A stretch of DNA of 63,467 bases, filler included, from Craspedostauros australis (Eukaryota), in the NCBI GenBank assembly GCA_030167865.1. It is 9 parts of 9 records of this genome, joined end to end, with 100 filler letters (N's around TTAATTAATTAA, not from the genome) between each part and the next. Parts side by side here need not be neighbours in the genome. Positions count along the whole stretch, not along the records: positions 60,252 to 63,467 come from JALAGF010003624.1; 8 more parts are not named here. The stretch is one strand, 5' to 3'. The notes under the pieces are model-generated. The model was not told the DNA's origin and made no database searches. It saw only the letters and a program-made list of their open reading frames with translations. Made by a program: the position numbers and the translations under genes. This document shows, piece after piece, positions 60,252 through 63,467 of the stretch. Every line of letters starts with the position of its first letter. Within the stretch, counting starts at the first letter, position 1.

Positions 60252-63200
60252 GCTGAGGCAGACAAACAAGCCAAGATCCAAGCAAGGAACAAGCAAGCCT
60301 TTGCAGATCTTGTGTTGATGATGGATAATGAGACAGCTGCAGGAAAGGCTGTGCTGGTAATGATCCAAAAGTACGAGAGTCATGAATACCCGTACGGAGA
60401 TGCTCGCTCTGCTTGGAAAGCCCTCGAAGAAAAATACAAGCCGACCAACACGTCCACAAAGATCAAGCTAAAGTACCAATTCAACAATGAGAAAATGGGA
60501 AAGAACGCTGATCCGGACCTCTACATCACCAAGCTAGAGCTCTTACGACTTTGCATGTCGGAAGTGGGGCTCACAATGACGGATGAAGAATTCATACTTC
60601 ATGTTTTGGCAACGATGTCGAATGAGTACTCTCAAGACATCCTTTTGATCGAGCAACAGATGCGAATGAACGCCTCTTCGGTCGCGATCTCCACTGTCAG
60701 GGAAGTGACAAACTTGACATGGATGCGCCAAACCAACCAAAAGGCATATGTTTTGGATGTGGAAGACAACTCAAGCAAGGCTGACCATGCCCACGCCACT
60801 ATGGGTGGATTCAAGGGACGATGCCGCAAGTGCAACGAGTATGGACACAAGGGAGCCGACTGTCCAAACGGCAAGAAAGGAGGCAAAGGCAAGAAGACTG
60901 GAAAGAAGAGAGGCAAAGGAAACAGCAACGGCAAGGGCAACGGAAACGGCAACAATGGTAACAGCGGAAATGGAGAACGCTGCACGTACTGCGGCAAGTT
61001 TGGCCACATGGAGGCGGAATGTCGGTTGAAGAAACGTCATGTCTCTGAGGGTCGAATCACTGCCAACAACAAGCCTTCATCGGAGAACAAAAATAGCTCT
61101 GGAAACAATGACAGGGCGGATATGGTTCTCACATCCTTGGAATACTGCAAGCCCATTGCTAAAGAAGAGACCGCTGCCAACGAGGAAGAATCCTGGAATG
61201 TGGTTGATGACTTCTTTGACAACTTCGAGACCGTCAACGATCCTGAGACACTGATGGAAGAGCTGGACGACTATGCACTGATGGTCCAGGACCAAGGATC
61301 ACCTCCAGGATTTGAAGGAGCTTTGGTGGAAACTGCAATCGATATGACGGATATGGCTACCGATTCAACACCAACTGAGGAAACACTCCAGGACAACGAA
61401 CAAGGCAAAGGGAATCAACCAGCCATCACGTTCAAATATGGAGACTACGAAACATCCAACTCCGTTGGTATCAGATCCCAACATGTGGTGGAATGCAACG
61501 ATGAAATTCAAGACAACGGAAGGGATCGTTTGAGATTGGCAGTTTCGATTGCTGTCAACAACATGCCGTGGCTCGGGGGAACTCCAGGATCTGGACAGGC
61601 AACTGAGACGATGATGGACCTGCTCCACAGAATTGGAATCAACAACATTGAGGCTTACCTAGCCAACTCGATGGTAGTTGGACAATTGCTGGATGATGCA
61701 GGGCAAGGCAACTACGAACCAATGGCTTTGCACTTCCTCAACATGACGTGCGTGATCATGCACTCGTCGCCTGATTTGATCGATACATCAATGACAACCG
61801 CTGAACCATTGATGGTAGACCGGCGCATTCAGGACGAGGATCTTCTTCTGGTGAATGGGTCATTGCCAAACGACGAATGCACTACCAACACATGGCTGGC
61901 GGATTCAGGCTCATCCTGTCATGTGGCAACAAGCGATGTCGGCATGTACAACATCAAACATGCCAGATCGAAAGTGAGAGTTGGAGGCAATCATCTCTTG
62001 GAATCGCCAAAGATCGGATCACTCATGGTGCGGGTGAAGCATCGTGACGGGACGACAACAATGCACGAACTAACGAAAGTGAAGCACGTTCCGGAAATGT
62101 GGACGAATCTGTTTTCGGTTGGTCAAGCACTTCAGAATGGATTCAAGATTTCCAACAATGGAATCATCATTTCACTCACTGGGCCATCAGGAGGGACAAT
62201 AACCTTCGATCGAGTCATCCAGACAGCGAACGGATTCGTTACTGGGGTGATCATGGACCCAGTCAATCCAGACAGCATGGATGTGGCAATGGCAACGATG
62301 AATCGTCCATGCCGTATCAGCGCCAACGATCTTCATCGGATGCTGGGACACGTTTCTCTGGACACCATGCGTCGTACAGCCAATCGACATGGCTGGATCA
62401 TCGAAGGCAAATTGGATCCTTGTGTGGACTGCGCCCTCGCCAACTCCAGACAGCGCGGGGTGCCCAAGAAGCTGAAGGAAAGGGCGACCGAGCGTTGCGA
62501 GAGATTCTTCATCGATATCAGCCATCCAACAGTCGAAAGCTTCGGGAGGAAGCGATTTTGGCTGCTGATTGTCGATGATGCAACTGACTATTGCTGGAGC
62601 TACTTCCTGACCACGAAGAACGAGGTTTCTAAGAAGCTGGAATCATTCCTGTCTCACCTCAAACCGATCATCAAGGACAAGAAGGTGCTTTTTCGAGGCG
62701 ACAACGCTGGCGAAAACATCGATGCCGAGCGTCACCTTCGATCCCTTGGATGGGATGTCAGCATGCAACTCACTGCGCCACATACTCCACAGCAAAATGG
62801 AAGGGTAGAGAGGAAATTTGCTGCTCTATACGGCAAAGTTCGGTCCATGCTGAATTCCGCTCAGCTCAACGACAAGGCCCGTCACGGCTTATGGGCTGAG
62901 GCAGCGGAGACAGCCACGCTCTTGTCCAACATCCTGGTCACTAAGCTCAATCGGAAGTCTCCCCACGAGGCGTTCTTCGGTTCTCCACCAAAGTTTCTCG
63001 AGCATTTGAGGACGTTCGGAGAGGTTGGCATAGTGAAGTCACTTCACGGCAAGATCACGGCGAAGTTGCGGAACCGCGGTAAGCCAATGGTCTTTGTGGG
63101 ATACAGCACAAGGCACGCATCGGGAGTATTCAGGATGTTCAATCCTGATACCAATGCGATCGTTCACACGAGAGATGTGACCTGGATCGACAAGACATTT

Positions 63201-63467
63201 GGGGAACATCAAGGCTGGACGGCAGCTGGAGACAACGTCCGCATTCTGGAGACCAAGGAGCCGGAAGGGACGAACGCAGCCGATGACGATGGGTTCCAAC
63301 CCATTCGGAAGGGAGTCCGATGGAAAAAGAATGAACCGGAGGCTGCATCTGACGACGATGACTCTGATGACGGTATCTTTCGTGATCCTTCGAATCCTTT
63401 CGATCCCATTCGAATCGATGTCGAAGACGATGATGGCAAAGATAAAGATGATGAACGGGCTGATGAA
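60252..63467 (+). CDS. Copia family B gag-pol polyprotein, partial (Gag, protease, integrase)
   Basis: Single frame open from gap to window end: two CCHC knuckles, WLADSGSSCH, HRMLGH..CVDC, FFIDI, LIVDD, RGDNAGE, TPQQNGRVER, LWAEA, FVGY. Confidence 0.93.

Overview
Eukaryotic, intron-containing DNA, most consistent with a diatom: GT-AG introns, bipartite plastid-targeting peptides and CoDi-like Copia elements. The window is nine contigs joined by eight artificial 100-bp spacers (N44-TTAATTAATTAA-N44). 1-3.9 kb: a Mutator-like (MULE) transposase missed by the ORF track because it runs off the window edge, abutting a 1.1-kb non-autonomous TIR element that has a second copy at 29.5 kb. 4-29 kb: a gene-dense block with a Cu P1B-ATPase, TVP23, a secreted cysteine-rich protein, a mitochondrial KDPG/KHG aldolase, a multi-pass protein with four NLYYxxW repeats, a mitochondrial RraA/HMG aldolase, and five consecutive plastid-targeted genes (DUF4336, SufS, an unknown protein, a SET-domain protein, proline iminopeptidase). 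30-37 kb: a PanE-like fragment, an ammonium-transporter pseudogene and MSH5. 37.5-63.5 kb: near-identical contigs of two Ty1/Copia families. Family A has separate gag and pol frames linked by a candidate -1 frameshift (G_GAU_UUU plus hairpin) and a PDZ-like domain between integrase and RT. Family B has a single gag-pol ORF with an extra domain, and one variant is interrupted by a solo-LTR-like insertion. All assignments come from motif reading by eye; no database searches were run.
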